This document shows, piece after piece, positions 23,033 through 32,326 of a stretch of DNA of 64,000 nucleotides. The notes beneath the pieces were generated by a model. It was not told where the DNA came from, searched no databases, and saw only the letters and a list, made by a program, of their open reading frames with translations. The stretch spans positions 70,646-134,645 of the forward strand of contig JBGFRI010000015.1 in the NCBI GenBank assembly GCA_041695225.1, written 5' to 3'. Positions within the stretch are counted from its first letter, which is position 1. Each line of letters begins with the position of its first letter. Both the position numbers and the translations under genes were made by a program. This DNA comes from Deinococcota bacterium. GTDB taxonomy: Bacteria; Deinococcota; Deinococci; Deinococcales; Thermaceae.

Positions 23033-23455
23033 ATGCAGTGTCAGTCCTTTGTGCTTCGGCTAGAGCATCCCAAAGACCTCGAGAAGCTCAACCAGTTTTT
23101 GGCTCAGGTAATGCCAATCCAGGTGTCCAGCAGCCTGGTGGCGGGCAATCCGCCTTTCTGGAGTGTGCTGGTCTTTTACGAGGGCCAGGCTCAGACGGTC
23201 TCCAAGACCAGCCCATCCGCAAAACCCGCCGAGCCCCCCAGCAGCCCGGCCTTTGAAGCGCTGCGCAAATGGCGCAGCCAGAAAGCCAAGGAAGAGGGCG
23301 TACCCCCCTACGTTATCGCCACTAATGCCGAACTACAGGCCATTCTGGACAGTAAACCCCAGACCCCGGAGGAGCTAGGCCAGGTCAAAGGCTTCAGCAA
23401 GGCCAAGGCCAGCAAGTATGGTAGTGAAATCGTGCAGCTCCTGAGCAAGACTTAG
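23033..23455 (+). CDS. Stand-alone HRDC-domain protein
   Basis: FEALRKWR...EEGVPPYVIATNAEL...KGFSKAKASKYG. Confidence 0.85.
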   Translation: MQCQSFVLRLEHPKDLEKLNQFLAQVMPIQVSSSLVAGNPPFWSVLVFYEGQAQTVSKTSPSAKPAEPPSSPAFEALRKWRSQKAKEEGVPPYVIATNAELQAILDSKPQTPEELGQVKGFSKAKASKYGSEIVQLLSKT

Positions 23456-23644
23456 TGCTGCATCAAGCATAGTAGTCCGTGAGGGGGTTCCCCACTACTG
23501 GCCCGGGGCAGACTCCAGGCGGGAAGCAACCCATAGCAGCCCGTCGCTCAGGTTGCGTTTTTAGGCGTTCTGGATTGCGGCGTCGGCACAAAGGCCTCCT
23601 CGCAATGAACCTGGTCTGTCAAGTAGATCAGCTGCTCGCCAGAT

Positions 23645-23729
23645 GATCCCCCCGGCCTACGGCCTTCCCCTTAGTAAGGGGAGGTGCGAAGGGACTAGGC
23701 CCCCCTGAATAAGGGGGGTTGGGGGGATT
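23645..23729. repeat. REP-like GC hairpin element
   Basis: GATCCCCCC...GGGGGGATT ends enclosing CCCCTTAGTAAGGGG and CCCCCTGAATAAGGGGGG hairpins; right half recurs at 58774. Confidence 0.7.
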
Positions 23730-23870
23730 TAGCAGTACACCGCCCACTGACTGACTTTATGAACATACGCCCTAGCGCAGTGGCTGCACATTCACCAACC
23801 CTTCAAGCTGAAGATAGTGGTGGGCGGTGCGTAGGTCTCATCTACCCCTTTAGCCCAAAACCGCTGTGGC

Positions 23871-23899
23871 TTGACCAAGTGAGATCTGGCACGTAAGAT
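23871..23899 (+). promoter_or_regulatory. sigma70-type promoter of aspS leader
   Basis: TTGACC-N17-TAAGAT. Confidence 0.75.
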
Positions 23900-23909
23900 G
23901 CTGGGCAAG

Positions 23910-23936
23910 ATGTTGCGGACGGACGATAATTCCTAA
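23910..23936 (+). CDS. Putative attenuator leader peptide MLRTDDNS
   Basis: ATG TTG CGG ACG GAC GAT AAT TCC TAA just after the promoter; Asp-Asp-Asn codons ahead of an Asp/Asn synthetase. Confidence 0.7.
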   Translation: MLRTDDNS

Positions 23937-23953
23937 AAGGGGCGAGACTTCGA

Positions 23954-23988
23954 CCCCGATACCTGGTCGTATCGGGGGGTTTTTGTTG
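23954..23988 (+). terminator. Attenuator (intrinsic terminator) upstream of aspS
   Basis: CCCCGATAC-ctggtc-GTATCGGGG then GGTTTTTGTT. Confidence 0.8.
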
Positions 23989-24020
23989 AGCCCGCGCCGC
24001 CGAACGTTTTGGGAGAGAGC

Positions 24021-25292
24021 ATGTCCAGAACCCTCGCCAGCCAAATTACCCAGCACGTGGGTGAGACCGTAACCCTACAGGGCTTTCTGCACTGGAAGCG
24101 CGACCTGGGCGGTATTCAGTTTGCCCTTTTACGTGACCGGAGCGGCATTGTGCAGGTTGTGGTGGACGGGAATTTTGAGCTGCCTTTGGCCGAGACTTCG
24201 ATGCGGGTGGTGGGCAAGGTGGTTGCGAATGCCAAGGCGCCTGGGGGCCATGAAGTAGTGGCAGAGCACCTCGAGTTCTACGCAAAAGCCAGCGAGCCCA
24301 GCCCTATCGAAATTCCCAAGGAAGAGTGGCGGGTCAACCCCGAGACGCTGCTCGAGTACCGCTACGTGAGCCTGCGGGGAGAGAAAGCCCGCGCTCCCCT
24401 CAAAATTCAAGCAGCCCTGGTGCGAGGGTTCCGCCATTACCTCGACAGCCAGGGCTTCACCGAGATATTCACCCCCAAAATTGTCTCGGCCGGGGCCGAG
24501 GGGGGCGGCAACCTGTTTGGGGTGGACTATTTCGAGAAGCGGGCCTACCTGGCCCAGTCGCCACAGCTCTACAAGCAGATCATGGTGGGGGTTTTCGAAC
24601 GGGTGTACGAGGTGGCGCCGGTCTTCCGCGCCGAGCAACACGCCACCAGCCGCCATCTCAACGAATACCTATCGCTGGACGTAGAGATGGGGTTCATAGA
24701 ATCGGAACACCAGGTGATGGACCTGGAAGAGGAGCTTATCCGCGCCATGCTGGACGAAGCCCGTCACACCGCCGCACGGGAGTGCGAGCTTTTGGAGGTT
24801 GAATGGCCAAACGTGGCCGAGATGCCCCGCCTCGAGCACCCCGAAGCCCGTCGTATCCTGCGCGAAAAACTGGGAATGCCGGTGGGGGCCGACTTCAACG
24901 AGGAGGCCGAACGGGCGCTGGGATCCTGGGCAAAAGAGAACTGGGGTGCCGACTTTGTCTTTATTACCAAGTACCCCGAGGCCGCGCGTCCTTTCTACGC
25001 CTACCCAGAAGGCGACGGAGCTACGCGGGGGTTCGATCTGCTGTTCCGGGGGCTCGAGATAACCTCCGGTGGGCAGCGCATCCACCAGTATGAACTCCTG
25101 GTCGAGCAGCTCAAAAAGAAAGGCAACGACCCCGCCAGCTTTGCCGGCTATCTGGAGGTGTTCAAGTTTGGCATGCCTCCCCACGGTGGCTTTGCCATCG
25201 GGGCCGAGCGCATCACCCAGAAGCTGCTGGGCCTGCCCAATGTGCGCTATGCTCGGGCATTCCCTCGAGACCGGCATCGTCTGACCCCGTAA
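24021..25292 (+). CDS. aspS: Aspartate--tRNA(Asp/Asn) ligase, short archaeal-type non-discriminating AspRS
   Basis: 423 aa without GAD insertion; AYLAQSPQLYKQ, FRAE, RHLNEY, EITSGGQR, PPHGGFAIGAER, FPRD. Confidence 0.93.
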   Translation: MSRTLASQITQHVGETVTLQGFLHWKRDLGGIQFALLRDRSGIVQVVVDGNFELPLAETSMRVVGKVVANAKAPGGHEVVAEHLEFYAKASEPSPIEIPKEEWRVNPETLLEYRYVSLRGEKARAPLKIQAALVRGFRHYLDSQGFTEIFTPKIVSAGAEGGGNLFGVDYFEKRAYLAQSPQLYKQIMVGVFERVYEVAPVFRAEQHATSRHLNEYLSLDVEMGFIESEHQVMDLEEELIRAMLDEARHTAARECELLEVEWPNVAEMPRLEHPEARRILREKLGMPVGADFNEEAERALGSWAKENWGADFVFITKYPEAARPFYAYPEGDGATRGFDLLFRGLEITSGGQRIHQYELLVEQLKKKGNDPASFAGYLEVFKFGMPPHGGFAIGAERITQKLLGLPNVRYARAFPRDRHRLTP

Positions 25293-25354
25293 CACCCTTC
25301 CGATGTACCCGAGGTCGTGTGAACCAGCTAACCCTTGGGCTGGAGGGGTGCTGT

Positions 25355-25612
25355 TTACTTCTTCGTCTTCATTGCGCCCCTGGCAATTTCCTGTTCTATG
25401 CCCAGGTCCAGGCGTATTCTTTCCAGACGCTCCAACAGCCCTTCCGAAGTTACGCCCAGGCGCTTGGCCAGCGCAGCGATCTTTTGTTCGTCATACATGC
25501 TGCTCAGGGCCAGCGCCATGGCCTCGCGGTATTTGGGGCCCAGCACCACTTCAATAGTCTTGATGCGCAGCTGGAGTTCGAACCACTCGAGTTTATCAGC
25601 CTCGTTATGCAT
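25355..25612 (-). CDS. Hypothetical protein (possible helix-turn-helix)
   Basis: AAGGTGAAAGGA SD; IAALAKRLGVT motif. Confidence 0.6.
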   Translation of the reverse strand: MHNEADKLEWFELQLRIKTIEVVLGPKYREAMALALSSMYDEQKIAALAKRLGVTSEGLLERLERIRLDLGIEQEIARGAMKTKK

Positions 25613-26002
25613 GTTTTCCTTTCACCTTGCATAGAGCCGCAGGCATCCTGCGGCAACAACAGCCTCCTAATCCTATCAGTCTGGCCTGAGGCTTGCATCA
25701 AGGTAGTCACAGGCGTCGGGGTCCGGCTAGATATAGGTGGGACAAGCCGAGGCCACCCTGGTAGTCTGGACGTGGTCTGAGCCTACTTGTTCTGGCGTTA
25801 GCCACGCAAGCCCGGCTGTCTAGAGGAAGACTGCAATATACATCATCAAGAATCCTTTGTCAGACGCCAGTCTCGCCTGTTACACGTAAACCACTAACAT
25901 GCCTTCCGCATAAAGGCTGCGCGGCCCAAATAGCGGCCTGTGCGATTTATTCCGCCCTTGCATCTTGGACCCTAAATCAGCAAAGTACGGTAGGCTATTG
26001 GC

Positions 26003-26404
26003 ATGAGTAAGACCATTCCCATCGCCAAAGAGCGCGCCTCGCTGCTCAACACCCTGGGTATAGAGTTACTCGAGGCCAGTCCGCAAAAGGTGGTTGCCGA
26101 GATGGAAGTAACCCCCAGACTTCACCAGCCTTTTGGCTATCTGCATGGCGGGGCCTCGGTAGCGCTGGCCGAGACTGTCGCCAGCATTGGGGCCTATCTG
26201 GCTGCCCCCGAGGGCCACACCAGTTTTGGGCTGGAAATCAATGCCAATCATCTGCGTTCGATGCAGTCGGGAAGGCTAATAGCCACCGGAACTCCTTTGC
26301 ACTCAGGCCGTAGCACCGCCGTCTGGAATATCGAACTCCGCGATGAGCAAGGGAGGCTGGTCTGCATCTCCCGCTGCACACTGGCTATTGTTCCCACGCG
26401 ATAA
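26003..26404 (+). CDS. Hotdog-fold thioesterase (PaaI/ComA2 family)
   Basis: QPFGYLHGGASVALAE, GLEINANH. Confidence 0.92.
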   Translation: MSKTIPIAKERASLLNTLGIELLEASPQKVVAEMEVTPRLHQPFGYLHGGASVALAETVASIGAYLAAPEGHTSFGLEINANHLRSMQSGRLIATGTPLHSGRSTAVWNIELRDEQGRLVCISRCTLAIVPTR

Positions 26405-26440
26405 AACCCTCGAGCAAACTTTTCTTTTCAACCCCCTACG

Positions 26441-27520
26441 ATGGAACCGGTTTTCAGTAAAGTTGGCATTTTTGGTATTGGTCTACTTGGCGGCAGCGTG
26501 GCCCTGGGGCTGCGCGAACGCTTTCTGGCCGAAGAAATCCACGCCTATGACCCCGATCCCCAGGCACTGGAAGATGCCCTGGCCCTGCAGGTGGTAGACC
26601 GGGTTCACACCACCCTGGGAAGCTGGATAGGCGAGCTTGACCTGGGGATACTCGCCGCCCCGGTGGGGGTTCTGGTCAGCGAGGGCCAGCGGCTGGCCAG
26701 CCATGCCAGCCCCGGTACCCTCTGGTTGGATGTGGGCAGTGTAAAACGCCCGGTAGTGCAGGCTCTGTCTAAAGTTTTGCCCAATTTTGTGGGCTCCCAC
26801 CCGATGGCCGGCAGCGAAAAGGCCGGGGTGGAAGCGGCCCATGCCGGCCTGTTACAGAATGCGGTCTGGGTTATCACCCCCAGCCCCGAGACCCCTGCCA
26901 AAGCTCTCTCTAAGGTGCGCGAACTGGTGCAGAACCTGGGGGCCTATCCCCTGGAAATTTCCCCTGAGCTGCACGACCGTCTGGTGGCCCGCATCTCTCA
27001 CCTGCCCTACCTGCTGGCCGTTGCTCTGAACCACCTGGTATCCCAGGACCCGCACCAGGAACTTCTGATGTTTCTGGCTGCTGGCGGTTTTCGCGACCTG
27101 ACCCGGGTGGCCTCGGGCTCGCCCCGGATGAGCCGGGACATGCTTGTGGCCAACAAAGAGGCCGTGCTCGAGGCCGCCAAAGACCTGCGGGCGGCTTTGC
27201 TCGAGCTGGAAGACCTGCTCCAGACCCCCGATGCATTGCTCGAGCGCGCCCAGCATGCCAAGCGCACCCGCGACAGCCTGCCCATTGTCAAACGCAGCCT
27301 GCTGCCGGTGATGAACGAGCTGGTAGTGCAGGTGCCCGATAAACCCGGCCAGATTGCCAGAGTCTCTACCGCTCTGGGCAACGCCGGAGTGAACATTAAA
27401 AACTTCGAGGTGCTGGCCATCCGCGACGAAGGCGGGGCCATCCGCATGGGCTTTGTCACCCCAGACGAGCGCGAACAAGCCCGAAGCATTCTGGAGAACA
27501 TCGGCTATAAAGTACGCTGA
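26441..27520 (+). CDS. tyrA: Prephenate dehydrogenase with C-terminal ACT domain
   Basis: GIGLLGGS, DVGSVK, HPMAGSE, SHLP, GGFRDLTRVA, PDKPGQIA. Confidence 0.93.
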   Translation: MEPVFSKVGIFGIGLLGGSVALGLRERFLAEEIHAYDPDPQALEDALALQVVDRVHTTLGSWIGELDLGILAAPVGVLVSEGQRLASHASPGTLWLDVGSVKRPVVQALSKVLPNFVGSHPMAGSEKAGVEAAHAGLLQNAVWVITPSPETPAKALSKVRELVQNLGAYPLEISPELHDRLVARISHLPYLLAVALNHLVSQDPHQELLMFLAAGGFRDLTRVASGSPRMSRDMLVANKEAVLEAAKDLRAALLELEDLLQTPDALLERAQHAKRTRDSLPIVKRSLLPVMNELVVQVPDKPGQIARVSTALGNAGVNIKNFEVLAIRDEGGAIRMGFVTPDEREQARSILENIGYKVR

Positions 27521-28014
27521 GTCTGCCGGGCTACCTCTCGATTAATGTCCACAAGCATCCACACAACCTGTGCGCTAAGCAGCACAAGGAATACCCAGAA
27601 ACCCGCGGCCGGGCCAGTCGAAGCCGCTATGGCAATCTGATAAATGTCCCACTGGATCCAGCTAAACATGGCCAGTAAAACTGTGGTAAAGCCGGCCAGA
27701 TGTGCATCCACGCGCAGCAACACCTGTTGCTGGGCAGCGGCGGGAAGTTTCAAGAACTGTTCTTTGTTGGGCAGGTTCAAAAGGTCGTGGTGACGGTAGG
27801 CCAGCCGGGTTAGACCAAAAGTCATTATCACGAGCAGGCTGGCAACCACTGGCAAGAGCCAGAAAGCAGACCTGTACTCCCAACGGGTCACCTGACCATC
27901 GGGGCCAAAGTGCGCCGGGACGCGCTCGGGCAAAAGCGGATACACCACTGCGGTCATCAGCCAAAGCAGCAAAAGCATAGCCACCGCCAGCCACCAGTAC
28001 CCGGACATCTTCAT
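27505..28014 (-). CDS. DUF1648/SdpI-like membrane protein
   Basis: YPLLPERVPAHFGPDG motif, about 4 TM segments. Confidence 0.75.
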   Translation of the reverse strand: MKMSGYWWLAVAMLLLLWLMTAVVYPLLPERVPAHFGPDGQVTRWEYRSAFWLLPVVASLLVIMTFGLTRLAYRHHDLLNLPNKEQFLKLPAAAQQQVLLRVDAHLAGFTTVLLAMFSWIQWDIYQIAIAASTGPAAGFWVFLVLLSAQVVWMLVDINREVARQTQRTL

Positions 28015-28382
28015 ATGGGAATTCTACCAAGCTATGTCAGGCCGGCTCGAGGGTACAACTGGCCTACAGCAAAAGCCATCTCAGCCGCCAATTTTTTATT
28101 CGCCTTTGACGAATGAAAAGCTGGTACTTTGCCAACGCGATACCGATAGCCAGCCTTCGCTTGTTCTATATGACCCACATCCGGCGATACCCCAGGCGGC
28201 AAACGTGTCCTTAACTGTAGTATTTGTGGTACTTTTGTGACCGAACCAGCACTTAACGACCGTGGGCGACATTAGTTGTCTATGCAACTAATACCATGAT
28301 GAATAGTCCTTGTCTTTCCGCACTCTGGCCTGTAATGTGAGGCCGACATGGAATACGTCACCGATCTTTCGACCCAGACCAG

Positions 28383-28910
28383 TTAGCTACGCAACAGCAA
28401 TACCGGGCCCTCGCCCTCCACCGAGGGCAGATCAGCGAGGCTCTCCATGCCAAACATCTCTAAAAAACGGTCGGTGGTGCCGAACAGCTTGGGCCGTCCT
28501 ACCGCATCTTTCTCGCCCACAATCTGCACCAGCCCCCGCTCTAAAAGCCCATCCAGAACACCTTCGACGCTCTTACCCCGCAGGGCCTCCATCTGAGCCC
28601 TGGTGAGGGGTTGCTGGTAGGCTACCAGGGCCAGCACCTCGAGGGCCGCCCTGGATATGCGAGGAGGAGTTGGACGCAATACCCGCTCAACCGCGGTGAG
28701 GTGTAAAGGATGCACCACCAGCCGCCAGCCTCCGGCTACGCGCTCGAGCTGCACCCCCGAGTTGCCATCGTTCAGGTCGCTCTTTAGGGCTACAATGGCC
28801 CGCGTAAGGGCCTCTTCCGTACCCAGAGGGCTGAGGTCACCCAGGGACAGCGGCCTACCGGCAGCAAACATTACGGCCAAAATATGAGCCTTAAGGGTCT
28901 GGGTCTCCAT
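28383..28910 (-). CDS. scpB: SMC-Scp complex subunit ScpB
   Basis: ISRAALEVLALVAYQQPLTR, GRPKLFGTTDRFL. Confidence 0.93.
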   Translation of the reverse strand: METQTLKAHILAVMFAAGRPLSLGDLSPLGTEEALTRAIVALKSDLNDGNSGVQLERVAGGWRLVVHPLHLTAVERVLRPTPPRISRAALEVLALVAYQQPLTRAQMEALRGKSVEGVLDGLLERGLVQIVGEKDAVGRPKLFGTTDRFLEMFGMESLADLPSVEGEGPVLLLRS

Positions 28911-28972
28911 AAACCGAGGGCTGTGGTTATTTGACCACCATCAAACCGTCCCGAGGCTATACTAGTGCCAGT

Positions 28973-30193
28973 ATGCCAACCTATCAATACAAGGCCAGGG
29001 ATAAACAGGGGCGGTTGGTGAACGCCGTCATTGAGGCGGAGGACATGCGCACAGCTGCCCGCAACTTGCGCGAAAAAGGCCTGTTCATTGCCGAAATCAA
29101 GGAACCCGGCAAAGGCTTGCAGGCCGAGGTCAGGCTCCCCGGTCTGGAGCCCCAGCCGGGCCTCAAAGACCTGGCCATCTTCAGCCGCCAGCTTGCAACC
29201 ATGATCAATGCCGGTTTGCCGATTGTGCAGGCCCTGGCCATTCTGGAAAAGCAGACCGAAAAGAAGAAGTTCCGGACCATACTTAAAGAAATTCGCAGCG
29301 AGGTAGAAGGTGGGGCCAACTTTAGCGAAGCCCTAAGAAAGCACAAGCTCTTCAGCCGGCTCTTTATCAACCTGGTGCGGGCCGGCGAGACCTCGGGCAC
29401 GCTGGATGCCATTCTGGACAGGCTGGCTACCTTCTTAGAGAATGAACTGGCCCTAATCGGCAAGATTCGTGCGGCCCTGACCTACCCGGCAATTGTGTTT
29501 GTCTTTGCCATAGGTGTGACCTATTTCCTGCTGACCGGCATTGTGCCGCAGTTTGCCCAGATTCTTAGCGGTCTGGGCGCCGAGCTACCACTGCTGACCC
29601 GTGCTCTGATGGCTATCTCCGACTTCTTGCAACAGAGCACCATTTTTATCGTAGTGGCTGCAATCGGGATGTTTTTTGCCTACCGGGCCTATTACCGAAC
29701 CGATAAGGGACGGCACCAGATAGACCAGATCAAACTAAAGCTGCCGGTTTTTGGCAACCTGATCAAAAAAAGCGCACTGGCCCGCTTTTCCCGCACTTTC
29801 GGCCTGCTCATTAGCAGCGGGGTGAACATTGTCGAGGCCCTCGACATCACCAAGGGAACTGCCGGCAATGCCATTGTCGAAGATATACTCGAGCAGACCA
29901 AAATTGCCATCCAGGCTGGCGAGCCCGTCCACACCACCATCCAGGCCCACCCGCTGGTTTTCCCCCCCATGGTCAGTTCGATGATTGCTATTGGCGAGGA
30001 GACCGGCGCACTCGATACCATGCTGCAAAAGATCGCCGACTTCTACGAACGCGAGGTAGACGAAGCCGTTAGCGCCCTGACCGCAGCCATCGAGCCACTG
30101 ATGATCATCTTCCTGGGCTTTATTGTGGGAGTTATCGTCGCCGGGATGTTCCTGCCGCTCTTCCAGATTATCGGGACTCTTACGGCCCAGTAG
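28973..30193 (+). CDS. pilC: Type IV pilus platform protein (GspF family)
   Basis: FSRQLATMINAGLP, AGETSGTLD, GEETGALD, AAIEP. Confidence 0.93.
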   Translation: MPTYQYKARDKQGRLVNAVIEAEDMRTAARNLREKGLFIAEIKEPGKGLQAEVRLPGLEPQPGLKDLAIFSRQLATMINAGLPIVQALAILEKQTEKKKFRTILKEIRSEVEGGANFSEALRKHKLFSRLFINLVRAGETSGTLDAILDRLATFLENELALIGKIRAALTYPAIVFVFAIGVTYFLLTGIVPQFAQILSGLGAELPLLTRALMAISDFLQQSTIFIVVAAIGMFFAYRAYYRTDKGRHQIDQIKLKLPVFGNLIKKSALARFSRTFGLLISSGVNIVEALDITKGTAGNAIVEDILEQTKIAIQAGEPVHTTIQAHPLVFPPMVSSMIAIGEETGALDTMLQKIADFYEREVDEAVSALTAAIEPLMIIFLGFIVGVIVAGMFLPLFQIIGTLTAQ

Positions 30194-30432
30194 TAGTTGT
30201 CGAGGTCAAGGTCAATCGTTCGCAGACTTTTCGCAACGGTAAACCTGCTTTTCATAAGGCGTTCTGTCAGGGGCAGTCACAATGTCCCTGACATTCTTTT
30301 TGCCGCAAGGGGGCATATTGGCGCATCCTCAACGGGCACGCAAACCCACTGCTTAGAACACAAGCTCCGAAGTCATGAGTGCGCCTACTCGGCGTCCAAT
30401 CGTGCGTTAGAGCAAACGTTGACTCGAGCCCC

Positions 30433-31755
30433 TCATGCCATTACCAGCGGGATGGTAGCCGGTTCCTCTGCTCCCACCACCTCACCAAACAGCATGTGTG
30501 GGGTGGCCTGCCTGATCGCTACCTGGTACAAACCGGGGCGCGGCGCCTGGGCGGAGGGGATCAGGATGGGGTGATTACCACGGGTGTGGCCCTCGGCGTA
30601 GCCGTCGTTCCTGGCGGTACCGCGCACCAGGACCTCCAGGGTCCGGCCTACCCAGGTCTGGTTCTTCTGGTAGCTCCACTCTTTCTGGCGCTCGATCAGG
30701 CGTTGCAGGCGTTCTACTTTGAGCTCGCGGGGCAGGTCCTGGAAGTGCTGGTAGCTGGGCGTACCGGGGCGGGGCGAGTAAATGAACATGTAGGCGCTGT
30801 CGTACTGGACTTCGTCGTAGAGCGAGAGGGTTTCCTGGAAGTCTTCCTCGGTCTCACCGGGAAAACCCACCATAATGTCGGTGGAGAGCACCACCTGGGG
30901 AATGGCCTGGCGGATAGCCCGGATACGGTCCAGATACCACTGGCGGTTATACTCTCGAGCCATGCGGCGTAAAACCCGATTAGAACCGGACTGCACCGGT
31001 AGGTGGATGTACTGGCAGACCTGAGGGGTCTCGGCGATAGCGGTGATGATCTCGTCGGTGAAGTTGACCGGGTGGCTGGTGGTGAACTTGATGCGGGGGA
31101 TGCCGGTCTGGCCCACCAGCCGCAGCAGCTCGCCAAAACGGGGAAAACCGGGCTGGTCGTTGCCGTAGGAGTTGACGTTCTGGCCCAGCAGGGTGACCTC
31201 GAGCACCCCCGCAGCCTTTAGCTGCTCAACCTCTCGGAGAATCAGGTCGGGGTGGCGCGAGACCTCGGGCCCACGGGTGGCAGGCACAATGCAGTAGGTG
31301 CAGTGATGGTTACAGCCCCGGATGATACTGACAAAAGCCGACAGCACACCCTGGGGAGCAGGCGGCAGGTGGTGGGTTAGCTCGTCGCGGAAGCTCAGGT
31401 CCCAAAACTTACTCTTGGCCTCCAGCACCTTGCCAATCTCGGTCAGAGCACCCGGACCCAGCAGCACGTCTATCTCAAACTTACGCGCAATCTGCTGGCC
31501 CTCTTCGAGCTGGGCCAGGCAGCCCATCATGCCTACTAGCAGGCTGCGTTTTGTTTTTTCTCTACGAAGCTCACCCAGCAGCGAACGTACTTTTTCCACC
31601 GGCTTGCCCCGCACCGCGCAGGTATTGACCAGTACAAACTGGGCCTCTTGCCAACTATCCACAAACTCGGCACCCAGCGAGGCCAGCTCGCTTTTGACCA
31701 GGTGGGTATCGTACTCATTCATCTGACAGCCGTAGGTGATGATATTGGTTTTCAT
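30433..31755 (-). CDS. miaB: tRNA-2-methylthio-N6-dimethylallyladenosine synthase
   Basis: [37 protein letters not shown] domain. Confidence 0.95.
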   Translation of the reverse strand: MKTNIITYGCQMNEYDTHLVKSELASLGAEFVDSWQEAQFVLVNTCAVRGKPVEKVRSLLGELRREKTKRSLLVGMMGCLAQLEEGQQIARKFEIDVLLGPGALTEIGKVLEAKSKFWDLSFRDELTHHLPPAPQGVLSAFVSIIRGCNHHCTYCIVPATRGPEVSRHPDLILREVEQLKAAGVLEVTLLGQNVNSYGNDQPGFPRFGELLRLVGQTGIPRIKFTTSHPVNFTDEIITAIAETPQVCQYIHLPVQSGSNRVLRRMAREYNRQWYLDRIRAIRQAIPQVVLSTDIMVGFPGETEEDFQETLSLYDEVQYDSAYMFIYSPRPGTPSYQHFQDLPRELKVERLQRLIERQKEWSYQKNQTWVGRTLEVLVRGTARNDGYAEGHTRGNHPILIPSAQAPRPGLYQVAIRQATPHMLFGEVVGAEEPATIPLVMA

Positions 31756-32091
31756 CCAGACCTCTGGGCTAGCCGGAGGGACTCCGGGGCCGCACAAGGT
31801 ATAAGTGTAGCAAAATTACTGGCCGTGTTTAGCATGTTGAGCTTCGCATAAGCCAGACTTGCTCAGTCGGGCGACCTTCCAACACGCAGTAGGCACGGGA
31901 AAGCTCTGGCCAGACCAGCCAAAGCCCATAACCTGCCGCTCAAGCACAAACTTTGGCCGCCGGTGCTTGCGCTGGCCGCATCAGCAGCACCAATCCCAGC
32001 ACACTGGCTTTCACGAGACGGCTGGAAAAAACACCGACATTTACCCCCATCGCCTATTCTGTTGCACAGAAATGCAAAACCTTAGTTTAGC

Positions 32092-32120
32092 TTGACGCTT
32101 GGTATACCAAACTTTATACT
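32092..32120 (+). promoter_or_regulatory. leu operon promoter with palindromic operator TTGGTATACCAA (32099-32110)
   Basis: TTGACG-N17-TATACT; perfect 12-bp palindrome in spacer. Confidence 0.7.
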
Positions 32121-32326
32121 TCTGAGAATGCCAGTTCGAGTAAAGCAGGCCCTACCCAAGCCCTGCTCGAGGCTTATAAGCTGCACCCGCCCCACCATAG
32201 CACTCTGGGGCCGTTCGGGCTGGGCATGGTGCAGACCTACCGTGAAATCACTTGGTCTGCTGGGCATCCCGGGCAAGAGGCAGCGGACTTTACTAGAGGT
32301 CCTTAGGTAGAGGAGGAACCACCCAT

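Noticed and set aside
23470..23550. SRP or 6S RNA
   Set aside because: Only scattered CCAGG/GGAA/AGCAGC pieces with the wrong spacing for SRP domain IV
23900..24000. T-box riboswitch before aspS
   Set aside because: Leader too short, with no T-box consensus or stem I; a leader-peptide model fits better
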